From Solirubrobacteraceae bacterium (GTDB lineage: Bacteria; Actinomycetota; Thermoleophilia; Solirubrobacterales; Solirubrobacteraceae): a stretch of DNA of 64,000 bases. The notes beneath the pieces were generated by a model that ran no database searches, had not been told where the DNA came from, and saw nothing but the letters and a program-made list of their open reading frames with translations. A program made the position numbers and the translations under genes. The stretch covers positions 9,121-73,120 of the forward strand of contig DASSZP010000056.1 of NCBI GenBank assembly GCA_035713465.1, read 5' to 3'. Of the stretch, positions 26,976 to 35,795 are shown one piece after another (the first letter of the stretch is position 1; each line of letters opens with the position of its first letter).

Positions 26976-28079
26976 TCAGAAGGTGATCACGCTGCGGATC
27001 CCGTCCTGGTGCTCCATCAGCTCAAAGCCGCGGTTGACCTCGTCGAGGCTGAGCGAGTGCGAGATGAACGGGTCGACGTCGAGCCGGCCCTCCAGGGACA
27101 GCTGCACGAGCGCCGGCACCTGATCGCGGCCCTTGACCCCGCCGAAGGACGAGCCGCAGACCCGCCGGCCGGTGATCAGCAGCCGCGGCACGATGTCCAG
27201 CGTCTCGCCCTTGCCGGCCACCCCGGCCACCGTGCACAGCCCCCAGCCCATGCGGGCGGCCTCGACGGCCTGGCGCATGACCGCGACCAGCCCGGTCGCC
27301 TCAAAGGTGAAGTCGGCGCCGAAGCCACCGGTCTCGGCCAGCACGCGCTCGACGACGTCGGGCCCGCCCGTCCAGGTGTCGGTCGCGCCCTGGCCGCGGG
27401 CCAGCTCGAGCCGGTCGGCCGACATGTCGACGCAGATGATCCGCTCGGCGCCCTGCAGCCGGCAGCCGGCCACCGCGCCGAGGCCCACCATCCCGGCTCC
27501 GAACACGACGCACGTCGCGCCGGGCGTGACCTTGGCCGTGAACATCGCCGCCCCGAGGCCGGTCGACAGCCCGCAGGCGAACAGGGCCGCGCTCTGCGGC
27601 GGCGCCTCGGGCGAGACCTTGGCCAGGGCGATCTCCGGCATCACCGTGTACTCGGCGAACGTGCTCGTGCCCATGAAGTGCCGGATCGGCTCACCGTCGC
27701 GCGACAGGCGCGTCGTACCGTCGGGCAGATAACCCTGGTTCTGCTGCTCGCGGATGGCCAGGCAGAGGTTGGTCTGATCGCTGCGGCAGTGCACGCACTC
27801 GCGGCACTGGGGCGAGAACAGGGTGACGACCCGATCACCGGGTGCGACGCTGCTCACGCCGTCGCCGACCCGCTCGACGATGCCGGCGCCCTCGTGGCCG
27901 AGCACGGTCGGCGCGTAGCCCGACGGGTCGACCCCCGAGGCCGTGTACATGTCGGTGTGGCAGACGCCGCAGGCCTCCAGGCGGACGAGCACCTCTCCGG
28001 CCCTGGGCTCGGCCAGGTCGACCTCGGTGACGTTGAGCGGCTGGCCGAACTGCTCCAGCACCGCGGCTCGGATCTTCAC
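26976..28079 (-). CDS. Zn-dependent class III alcohol / thiol-dependent formaldehyde dehydrogenase
   Basis: GVCHTD, LGHEGAGIVE, structural Zn site CRECVHC...NLC, FMGTSTFAEY, GAGMVG; GAGGA RBS. Confidence 0.85.
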   Translation of the reverse strand: MKIRAAVLEQFGQPLNVTEVDLAEPRAGEVLVRLEACGVCHTDMYTASGVDPSGYAPTVLGHEGAGIVERVGDGVSSVAPGDRVVTLFSPQCRECVHCRSDQTNLCLAIREQQNQGYLPDGTTRLSRDGEPIRHFMGTSTFAEYTVMPEIALAKVSPEAPPQSAALFACGLSTGLGAAMFTAKVTPGATCVVFGAGMVGLGAVAGCRLQGAERIICVDMSADRLELARGQGATDTWTGGPDVVERVLAETGGFGADFTFEATGLVAVMRQAVEAARMGWGLCTVAGVAGKGETLDIVPRLLITGRRVCGSSFGGVKGRDQVPALVQLSLEGRLDVDPFISHSLSLDEVNRGFELMEHQDGIRSVITF

Positions 28080-28188
28080 GACGGCGCTCCTCTCGGTGGG
28101 GGGACGGCCGACCCTATTGGACGCGACGGGCGGGGCGCGTGCTCACCCTCTGGGCCCTCAGATCGCCGCCGATCGGGCGCAGCGGTCC

Positions 28189-30246
28189 CTACAGGCCGGA
28201 CTTGATCTCGCGCCGGGGCGGGATCGGGGCGTAGAAGACGTTGCGCTCCATCGACTGGGGCGAGACGCCCGCGTCGCGCGCGATCAGCTCGCCCAGCGTC
28301 TGCCGGTAGCTGATGTGAAAGCGCCGCTCGATCTCGCGCAGGACCGGGTCCCGGGCGTAGAAGAAACGGTCGCCGTCACGCAGGGCGGTGAACTGCCGCC
28401 GCCACAGGGCGAGCTGCAGCGGGCCGAACTCGCTGTCGGCCACGTGAGGCTCGGCGAGCATGCCCACAAACGCGTCGACCCGTGACACCGAGCCGTAGAT
28501 GGCCTTCAGTCGCGCGGCCAGGGTGCTGCGCTGGCGCTCGGAGACGGCGCGCTCCAGGGCGTCGTCCGATGCGCTGGCCGGGCTGTTGTAGAGGTCGCGC
28601 AGATCGGTCACCTGCAGGCTCTGCGGGTTGTTGATCGGATCGGGGCCCAGTGAGCTGGGGAAGCGGTCGGTCGCTTCGCCGGTGAGCGCGGTGAAGCTGT
28701 GCGGGACGGGCAGACCGAGGGCGCGGCGCAGCTGGGCGTAGGTCGGCATCCCGTGGTCGCGCTCGCGCTGGAGGTCGATCGCCCCGAGATCCGAGATCCC
28801 GGTGAAGCAGCCGCTCAGCCGGACCTTGACAAAGCACGCCGCCGGATCCGGGTTGCCCGGCGCCGGATAGGAGAACAGCGTGCTGCGCAGTGAGTCGTCG
28901 ATCTGCACGTCGTTGCGGTACTCCGGCTCCTGGGCGAGCCCGCGCAGAACGGGACCGAGGCCGATCGCGGGCAGCACCTGGGGATGAAAGAAGGCGTCGG
29001 CCTGCCCGAGCGTGAGCAGCAGCCGTGAACCGACCGGGCTCACCGAGACGCCGAGCGCGGTGAGCCGCGCGCGCGCCGCGGCGCCATAGGCCCGGGCCGG
29101 CACGTAGATGTGCTCCTCGCCGTTGACCATGCTGTGGGCGCGGTAGCCGACGGTCGCGAACTCATCGTCGAGCCCGGGGTCCACGCCGGGCCGGTAGCCG
29201 CGGTAGGGCGCCAGGCGCACGCCCATCGCGGGGAGGAACTGCGTGTAGGTGATGTACTGCTGCTCGGCGGCGACGACGCGGCGGGCGATCTGGAAGCGTT
29301 CCAGCGCGGGCAGCGAGCGCGGGAGCGCGGCGGCGATGCGGTTGTGCTCGCGGGCGAACAGCGTCTGCACGGCGGTCAGCGCGGTGTTGTCGTTGGCGCG
29401 CACGTCCCCGGCCACGTAGGCGGCCGCCGGGTCGGAGGCGAGCATCCCCTCGGTCTGCATGTACGGCGCGCGGCGCGGGTTCCCGCGCGCCGCCGCGGTG
29501 GGGAGATAGCCGCCGGGCAGCATCAGCTTCGGGCCCGAGTCCGACAGGCGCCCGTTGTCGGGGCCCTGCAGCAGCCAGTCCAGGCGCGAGCGCGTCTGCC
29601 CGTAGACGGCGGACGCGTCCAGGTAGGAGGCGAGCGTGTTGACCTGCTGGCGCGGTCGCCCGGGGCGGCCCGTGCCGGCGGCCACGGCGTCCCGGGAGAA
29701 GTCCATCCGGTGGGTGCTGCTCGGGAACGCCTCGAGCGGATCGGCGGGAGCAAACGTGATCGGGGCCGGCTGGCGACCGGCCTGCGCCAGGCCGAAGGTG
29801 TGGTCCAAAAACTGGCCCCAGACCCATCCCCACTGGCTGACGTAGCGGGCGGAGAACAGGTCGACACCGAGCGAGTTAAAGATCCGGTCCGAGACGTAGC
29901 GCGGGTTCGGGCCGCCGGTCATCGCGCCGATCCCGTCGGCGTAGCGAGCGGGCGTGATGCGCAGATAGACGCTGCCCGCCTGCCCCCAGTCCGGGTGCGC
30001 GCGGTTGTTGCCGTGGCCGTCCAGGTTCTCGGGCGTGAAGCGCAGCGGGCCGGACATCGCCCGCACCGAGCTGGTTCTGGCCCCCGGGTGCGGGGCGCGG
30101 GTCCGGGCTCCCGCCGGGACGGCGAGCCACGCGGCGAGCAACAGGACGATGAGGGTGACGAGGCCCGGCGCGGCGGTGGGCCCGCCGAGACGGCGGTGGA
30201 GGTTCAGGGTCAGATCAGGGTCGGGGGCCAGGAGCCTCGAGCGCAT
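28189..30246 (-). CDS. Secreted heme peroxidase (animal peroxidase-cyclooxygenase superfamily)
   Basis: LDGHGNN, WGQFLDH, GDVRAN, REHNRIA, YRAHS, QRERDHGMPTY, LRDGDRFFY; signal-like hydrophobic stretch; start uncertain. Confidence 0.85.
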   Translation of the reverse strand: MRSRLLAPDPDLTLNLHRRLGGPTAAPGLVTLIVLLLAAWLAVPAGARTRAPHPGARTSSVRAMSGPLRFTPENLDGHGNNRAHPDWGQAGSVYLRITPARYADGIGAMTGGPNPRYVSDRIFNSLGVDLFSARYVSQWGWVWGQFLDHTFGLAQAGRQPAPITFAPADPLEAFPSSTHRMDFSRDAVAAGTGRPGRPRQQVNTLASYLDASAVYGQTRSRLDWLLQGPDNGRLSDSGPKLMLPGGYLPTAAARGNPRRAPYMQTEGMLASDPAAAYVAGDVRANDNTALTAVQTLFAREHNRIAAALPRSLPALERFQIARRVVAAEQQYITYTQFLPAMGVRLAPYRGYRPGVDPGLDDEFATVGYRAHSMVNGEEHIYVPARAYGAAARARLTALGVSVSPVGSRLLLTLGQADAFFHPQVLPAIGLGPVLRGLAQEPEYRNDVQIDDSLRSTLFSYPAPGNPDPAACFVKVRLSGCFTGISDLGAIDLQRERDHGMPTYAQLRRALGLPVPHSFTALTGEATDRFPSSLGPDPINNPQSLQVTDLRDLYNSPASASDDALERAVSERQRSTLAARLKAIYGSVSRVDAFVGMLAEPHVADSEFGPLQLALWRRQFTALRDGDRFFYARDPVLREIERRFHISYRQTLGELIARDAGVSPQSMERNVFYAPIPPRREIKSGL

Positions 30247-30829
30247 CCATCATGAGCTCGAGCATGCGCGGCCAATGGTCCGGCTCGACCCGCTTGGCGA
30301 CGCGCGTGGCGGCGAACAGTAGCCGCAGATCGAGCGTCGTCGCGTCACTGCGCAGACGTCCCTCGTCGCGGGCATCGGCCAGCACCTGCTCCATCTCTGC
30401 CGTCGTGCGCCGGAGTGCGGCCACGACGTGGGGATGATCGGCCACGAGCATGCGGGCCTCGCCCATGAAGTCATCGGCCGACTGCGTCTCGACGATCGAG
30501 TGGACCATGGCCACCAGCGCCTGGAAGCGGTCCCCGGGCTGCGCGCGGGCTGTCTCGGCCGCGGCCGCGATCGTCTCCAGCCGGCTGACCACGAGCGCGG
30601 CCAGCAGCTCCTGCTTGGACTCAAAGCGCCGGTAGATGCTGGCCACCCCGATCCCCGCGGCGCAGGCGACATCGCTCATCGGCGCGTCCAGGCCGCGGCG
30701 CACGAACACCTCGCCGGCGACGGCGAGCAGCCGCGCGTCCTTCTCGGCGGGCGTCAGCCCCGTCCAGGCCGGCTCGGCCGGAGCCGGTGCGTCGCCGCCT
30801 GCGCCGGAGTCCTTGAGCGGAATGATCAT
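30215..30829 (-). CDS. TetR/AcrR-family regulator
   Basis: LLAVAGEVFVRRGLDAPMSDVACAAGIGVASIYRRFESKQEL HTH. Confidence 0.9.
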   Translation of the reverse strand: MIIPLKDSGAGGDAPAPAEPAWTGLTPAEKDARLLAVAGEVFVRRGLDAPMSDVACAAGIGVASIYRRFESKQELLAALVVSRLETIAAAAETARAQPGDRFQALVAMVHSIVETQSADDFMGEARMLVADHPHVVAALRRTTAEMEQVLADARDEGRLRSDATTLDLRLLFAATRVAKRVEPDHWPRMLELMMDALEAPGPRP

Positions 30830-30835
30830 TCCGCT
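30816..30835. promoter_or_regulatory. Perfect 20-bp palindromic operator AGCGGAATGATCATTCCGCT
   Basis: Exact inverted repeat between divergent tetR and MFS; adjacent back-to-back -10 boxes TACAGT (+) and TACTGT (-). Confidence 0.85.
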
Positions 30836-30848
30836 ACAGTACCCGGCC

Positions 30849-32342
30849 GTGTCCCGCGCGGCCCCCGACAGCCCCGAGGAGCGGATCCACCCCAACCTCG
30901 TCCTCGCCGTGGTCTCCCTGGCCGGCCTGGCCTACGCGATGCTCAGCTCCGCGGTCATCCCCGCGCTGCCCTCGATCCAGCACAGCCTGCACGCTACCGA
31001 GACGGGGGTGACCTGGCTACTGACCGGATATCTGCTCTCCGCCTCGGTGGCGACCTCGATCCTCGGCCGGCTCGGCGACATGTACGGCAAGGAACGGCTG
31101 TTGCTCGTCACGCTCGTGCTGCTGGCGATCGGCACGGCGGTCTCGGCGCTGGCCAGCTCGCTGGGCCCGATGATCGTCGGGCGCGTCATCCAGGGCGCGG
31201 GCGGCGGCATCTTCCCGCTCGCCTTCGGCATCGTCCGCGACGAGTTCCCGCACGAGAAGGTCGCCGGCAGCATCGGCGTCGTCTCCTCGATCCTCGGGGT
31301 CGGGGGCGGAATCGGCGTCGTGCTCGGCGGTCTGATCGTCGAGCATCTGAACTACCACTGGCTCTACTGGATCCCGCTGATCGTCACCGTGATCGCCACT
31401 GTGGCGACCTGGCGCTTCGTTCCCGAGTCGCCGGTGCGCGTCCCCGGCAAGGTCAACTGGCTGGCCGCGGCGCTGATGACGGCCGGGTTCTCGTGCGTGC
31501 TGATCGCGATCTCCGAGACGACGACCTGGGGCTGGGGCTCGGGCCGTACGCTCGGGCTGCTGGCCGCCGGAATCGTGCTCACCGGCGCCTGGGTGCTCGT
31601 CGAGGTGCGCAGCGCGAGCCCGCTGATCGACATGGCGATGATGCGCATCAAGGGCGTCTGGACGACCAACCTCGTCGCCTTCCTGCTCGGCGCGGGCATG
31701 TACGCCTCGTTCCTCATCTTCCCCCAGTTCGCCCAGCTGCCCACGAGCACCGGTTTCGGCTTCGGCGCCTCGGTGGTCACCGCCGGGCTGTACCTGCTGC
31801 CCAGCGCGATGATCATGGGCGTGCTCGGGACCGCGGCGGGCAAGGTCGCGCGCCGGTTCGGCTCCAAGGCGGCGGTCAACGCGGGCAGCGCGATCACCGC
31901 CGTCGCCTTCGCCTTCATGGCCGTGGCCCACGCCCATCCCTACGACATGCTGATCAGCGCCGCGCTGCTCGGCACCGGCGTCGGGCTGGCCTTCTCGGCC
32001 CTGGGCAACCTGATCGTCACCGCCGTGCCCCCGGAGCAGACCGGCGTGGCCACGGGCATGAACACGGTGATGCGGACCCTCGGTGGCGCGCTCGGCGGCC
32101 AGATCGTCGCCACCTTCATCGCCGACAACGTCCGCCACGGGCTGCCGACGGTGACCGGCTTCACCAACTCCTTCATCCTCGAGGCGGCGTTCCTCGTCGT
32201 CGCGGTCGGCGCCGGCATGCTCGTGCCGGCGACCCGGCGGGGCGCGGTCACCGCGCCCGACGGTGACCCCCGGCGCGCGCCCGGGGAAGCCGAGCTCGTG
32301 CCCGGGGAAGCCGAGCTCGTGCCCGCGCCGGAGGCGGCGTGA
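30849..32342 (+). CDS. MFS transporter (14-TM DHA2-like)
   Basis: GRLGDMYGKERLL, GRVIQGAGGG, GMNTVMRTLGGALG; GTG 30849 chosen (ATG 30822 is an alternative). Confidence 0.9.
   Translation: MSRAAPDSPEERIHPNLVLAVVSLAGLAYAMLSSAVIPALPSIQHSLHATETGVTWLLTGYLLSASVATSILGRLGDMYGKERLLLVTLVLLAIGTAVSALASSLGPMIVGRVIQGAGGGIFPLAFGIVRDEFPHEKVAGSIGVVSSILGVGGGIGVVLGGLIVEHLNYHWLYWIPLIVTVIATVATWRFVPESPVRVPGKVNWLAAALMTAGFSCVLIAISETTTWGWGSGRTLGLLAAGIVLTGAWVLVEVRSASPLIDMAMMRIKGVWTTNLVAFLLGAGMYASFLIFPQFAQLPTSTGFGFGASVVTAGLYLLPSAMIMGVLGTAAGKVARRFGSKAAVNAGSAITAVAFAFMAVAHAHPYDMLISAALLGTGVGLAFSALGNLIVTAVPPEQTGVATGMNTVMRTLGGALGGQIVATFIADNVRHGLPTVTGFTNSFILEAAFLVVAVGAGMLVPATRRGAVTAPDGDPRRAPGEAELVPGEAELVPAPEAA
32279..32325. 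repeat. 21-bp tandem duplication at the MFS 3' end (PGEAELV x2)
   Basis: gcccggggaagccgagctcgt occurs twice. Confidence 0.9.
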
Positions 32343-32361
32343 CCCCCGTGAGGTCGGTGCC

Positions 32362-34197
32362 CTGCGCCTGACCGGCGCTTCCCGCCGCTCCGCCGCCGGC
32401 GCCCCGGTCGCCCGCACCGAAAATCAGGCCGCCAACGGTCAGCCGTCTGACCGCTACAAGTGGATCGCGCTGTCCAACTGCACCCTCGGGGTGCTGCTGG
32501 CCACGCTCGACGCCTCGATCACGCTGATCGCGATGCCCGACATCTTCGTCGGCATCCACCTCGACCCGCTCGTCCCCGCCAACAGCTTCTACCTGTTGTG
32601 GATGATCCTCGGCTTCCTGGTCGTCTCCAGCGTGCTGATCGTGTCCCTGGGACGGCTGGGGGACATGTACGGCCGGGTCCGCATCTACAACCTCGGCTTT
32701 GTCATCTACACGGCGGCGTCGCTGGCGCTCACCATCGACTGGATGACCGGACGCGCCGGGGCGATGTTCCTGATCGTGTTCCGGATCGTGCAGGGTATCG
32801 GCGCCGCCTGCCTGCTGGCCAACTCGGCGGCGATCATCACCGACGCGTTTCCCGCCAACCAGCGCGGAATGGCGCTGGGCATCAACAACATCGTCGGGGT
32901 CTCGGGGATGTTCGTCGGGCTCGTGCTCGGCGGCCTGCTGGCGCCGATCAGCTGGCGCATGGTCTTCCTCATCTCGGTCCCGGTCGGCCTGTTCGGCACC
33001 GTCTGGGCCTATCTCAAGCTCGAGGAGCGCTCGCAGCCGCGCCGAGCCCCGATCGACTGGGCGGGCAACGTCACCTTCGCGCTCGGCCTGATCCTGATCA
33101 TGATCGCCGTCACCTACGGGATCCGGCCCGCCGGCGGTTCCCCGACCGGGTGGGGCAGCCCGCGCACGCTCATTCTGCTCGGCACCGGGGTGCTCAGCCT
33201 GGCCGCCTTCGCGGTGATCGAGTCGCGGGTGGGCAACCCGATGTTCCGCCTGCCCCTGTTCCGCATCCGCGCGTTCACCTTCGGGACCCTGTCGACCTTC
33301 CTGTCGGCGGTCGCCCGCGGCGGGCTGATGTTCATGCTGATCATCTGGCTGCAGGGGATCTGGCTGCCGCAGCACGGCTACGACTTCGCCGACACGCCGC
33401 TGTGGGCGGGCATCTACATGCTGCCGCTCACCGTCGGGATGCTGTTCGCGGGGCCGACCTCCGGCTACCTCTCCGATCGCTTCGGCGCGCGGCCCTTTGC
33501 CACCGGCGGGATGGTCGGGGCCGCGCTCAGCTTCGCGCTGCTCACGCTGCTGCCGATCGACTTCCCCTACCCGGCCTTTGCCGCCGTGCTCTTCCTCAAC
33601 GGCGTCTCGATGGGCATGTTCGCCTCGCCCAACCGCGCCGGGGTGATGAACAGCCTGCCGCCCGGTGACCGCGGCGCCGGCGGGGGGATGAACCAGACCT
33701 TCCAGAACTCCGCCCAGGTCCTGTCGATCGGCATCTTCTTCACGCTGATGATCGTCGGGCTCGGCACCGACCTGCCGCACTCGCTGTTCAGCGGACTGCA
33801 AGCGCACGGGGTCAGCGCCGCCAAGGCCCACGAGGTGGCACGCCTGCCGCCGGTCTCGATCCTGTTCGCGGCCTTCCTGGGCTACAACCCGATCCAACAC
33901 CTCGTCGGCCCCCACGTGCTCGGGGGGCTGTCGGCCCCCAACCACGCGCTGCTCGTCGGCCGTTCGTTCTTCCCCCATCTCATCGCGCCGGCCTTCCGGA
34001 CCGGCCTGCACGAGGCGTTCGCCTTCGCGATCGCCGCCTGCCTGATCGCCGCCCTGGCCTCCTACTTCCGCGGCGGGCTGACCCCGGGTAGCCCGGCGGG
34101 TGGGGCGCCGTCAACGGACGGTGAGCGGGCGCGCGAGCGCGTGACGCGTCGCCGGGCCCGCGAGCGTGTGCCCGCGGACACCGCTCGCCGCTCCTGA
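32362..34197 (+). CDS. MFS transporter (DHA2-like); start uncertain
   Basis: YKWIALSN, GRLGDMYGRVRIYNLGF, FASPNRAGVMNS; no in-frame ATG/GTG between the upstream stop and TM1, so CTG 32362 after GAGGT is proposed (the ORF track uses 32263). Confidence 0.85.
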   Translation: MRLTGASRRSAAGAPVARTENQAANGQPSDRYKWIALSNCTLGVLLATLDASITLIAMPDIFVGIHLDPLVPANSFYLLWMILGFLVVSSVLIVSLGRLGDMYGRVRIYNLGFVIYTAASLALTIDWMTGRAGAMFLIVFRIVQGIGAACLLANSAAIITDAFPANQRGMALGINNIVGVSGMFVGLVLGGLLAPISWRMVFLISVPVGLFGTVWAYLKLEERSQPRRAPIDWAGNVTFALGLILIMIAVTYGIRPAGGSPTGWGSPRTLILLGTGVLSLAAFAVIESRVGNPMFRLPLFRIRAFTFGTLSTFLSAVARGGLMFMLIIWLQGIWLPQHGYDFADTPLWAGIYMLPLTVGMLFAGPTSGYLSDRFGARPFATGGMVGAALSFALLTLLPIDFPYPAFAAVLFLNGVSMGMFASPNRAGVMNSLPPGDRGAGGGMNQTFQNSAQVLSIGIFFTLMIVGLGTDLPHSLFSGLQAHGVSAAKAHEVARLPPVSILFAAFLGYNPIQHLVGPHVLGGLSAPNHALLVGRSFFPHLIAPAFRTGLHEAFAFAIAACLIAALASYFRGGLTPGSPAGGAPSTDGERARERVTRRRARERVPADTARRS

Positions 34198-34399
34198 CCC
34201 GCCGGTTGGCAGCACTTAGCTGCGATATACGCCGTCAACTGCTGCCAATCGGACCGCGAGGATCGTCTGATTCGAGCGGCCCGACCCCCCTCGGCTGGCC
34301 AGCCAGCCAGTCTCTCGGATACGATCGGGGCGGCGGGCTCGAGCCCGCCCCCACGGACTCACATCCGCGGAAACCGGTACCGGCCGTCAGGAGGAGCAG

Positions 34400-35647
34400 T
34401 TGAGCCAGAGCGTCAGTGACCGTGATCTCGCCGAGGTGCTCGTCACCGAGCGTGAGAACTGGCTGGAGGGCCCTCCGCACGCGCTGTTTCGCCGGCTGCG
34501 CAACGAGTGCCCGGTGCACTGGACCGCCCGGGTCAGCGAGTACCCGGCCGAGGCCGGCTACTGGTCGGTCACGCGGCCCGATGACATCCGCACGGTCAGC
34601 CGCGACTGGCGCACCTACTCCTCGGAGCGGGGCGGGGTGACCGCGGTCACCGACGTGTTCCCGCTCGAGTTGATGCGGGCGATGTTCATCGGCATGGACC
34701 CGCCCAAGCACGACCGGCTCAAGATGCTCTTCCAGGCCGGCTTCACCCCGCGCCGGATCGCCGCGCACGAGGACGAGATCCGCGCGATCGTGCGCCGCGT
34801 CCTGGACCGGCTGGACGGGCGCGAGGGCTGCGATCTCGTCAACGACTTCGCCCAGCCCGTCGTCTCCCGGGTGATCGGCAGCTTCATGGGCATCGACGAA
34901 TCCGACGACGCGATCTGGGCCAAGCTGATGAACACCTCGCTGGCTGCCGGTGACCCGGACCTGGCGCCCGACGGCATGGAGAGCATCATGGCCAACGAGA
35001 TCCCTGAGATCTTCCGCCGCTGCTCGGAGCTGATCGCCGCCCGGCGCGAGAATCCGACCGAGGATCTGACCAGCGTGCTGGTGCACGCGGAGATCGACTG
35101 CCAGCGGCTGGAGGAGCACGAGATCGTGATGGGCTTCTTCCTGCTCATGGCGGCCGGCAACGACTCGACCAAGGCGACCTTCTGCAGCGGCATGCGCGCG
35201 CTGATGGACGATCCTGCCGAGCGCGACAAGCTGCTCGCCGATAAGCAGCTGATCCCCGGCGCGGTCGAGGAGGCGCTGCGGATGTTCCCCGCCTTCGCGC
35301 ACTTCCGGCGCACGGCCACGTGCGATACCGAGCTGGCCGGGCAGACGATCCGCGAGGGCGAGAAGGTCGTCATGTGGTACGTCTCCTCCGGGCGCGACGA
35401 GAACCTCTACGAGGATCCTGACCGCTTCGACGTGACCCGCAACCCCGAGCACCAGGCCTTCGGCGCGGGCGGCCGGCACTACTGCCTGGGCACGGCGCTG
35501 GCCCGCCTGGAGCTGCGGATCATGTTCGAGGAGATGCTCGCCCGCTACCCGCAGATGCAGCGCGACGGCGGGGTCACGTTCGTTGAGTCGGGTTTTTTGA
35601 ACCAGCTCAAGACGCTCCCCGTCACGCTGGGCCCGCGGGCCAACTGA
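34400..35647 (+). CDS. Cytochrome P450 (CYP124/125/142-like)
   Basis: MDPPKH, AAGNDST, EEALR (ExxR), FGAGGRHYCLG heme motif; AGGAGG RBS before TTG. Confidence 0.93.
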   Translation: MSQSVSDRDLAEVLVTERENWLEGPPHALFRRLRNECPVHWTARVSEYPAEAGYWSVTRPDDIRTVSRDWRTYSSERGGVTAVTDVFPLELMRAMFIGMDPPKHDRLKMLFQAGFTPRRIAAHEDEIRAIVRRVLDRLDGREGCDLVNDFAQPVVSRVIGSFMGIDESDDAIWAKLMNTSLAAGDPDLAPDGMESIMANEIPEIFRRCSELIAARRENPTEDLTSVLVHAEIDCQRLEEHEIVMGFFLLMAAGNDSTKATFCSGMRALMDDPAERDKLLADKQLIPGAVEEALRMFPAFAHFRRTATCDTELAGQTIREGEKVVMWYVSSGRDENLYEDPDRFDVTRNPEHQAFGAGGRHYCLGTALARLELRIMFEEMLARYPQMQRDGGVTFVESGFLNQLKTLPVTLGPRAN

Positions 35648-35676
35648 GCGGCTCGGGCGGCCAGAAGGCGCCGGCG

Positions 35677-35768
35677 CCCGGGAGGCCGTGGACACCGGGA
35701 GGCCGTGGACACCCGGGAGGCCGTGGACACCCGGGAGGCCGTGGGCGCCCGGAAGGCCGCGGCGCCCG
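35677..35768. repeat. Intergenic 17-18-bp tandem repeat (cccgggaggccgtggaca), about 5 degenerating copies
   Basis: Contiguous units without spacers, between convergent P450 and GH15 genes. Confidence 0.9.
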
Positions 35769-35795
35769 GCGCCCGCCCGCCGACCGAAGGCCCGG

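Noticed and set aside
35677-35768. CRISPR array
   Set aside because: Units are contiguous with no unique spacers
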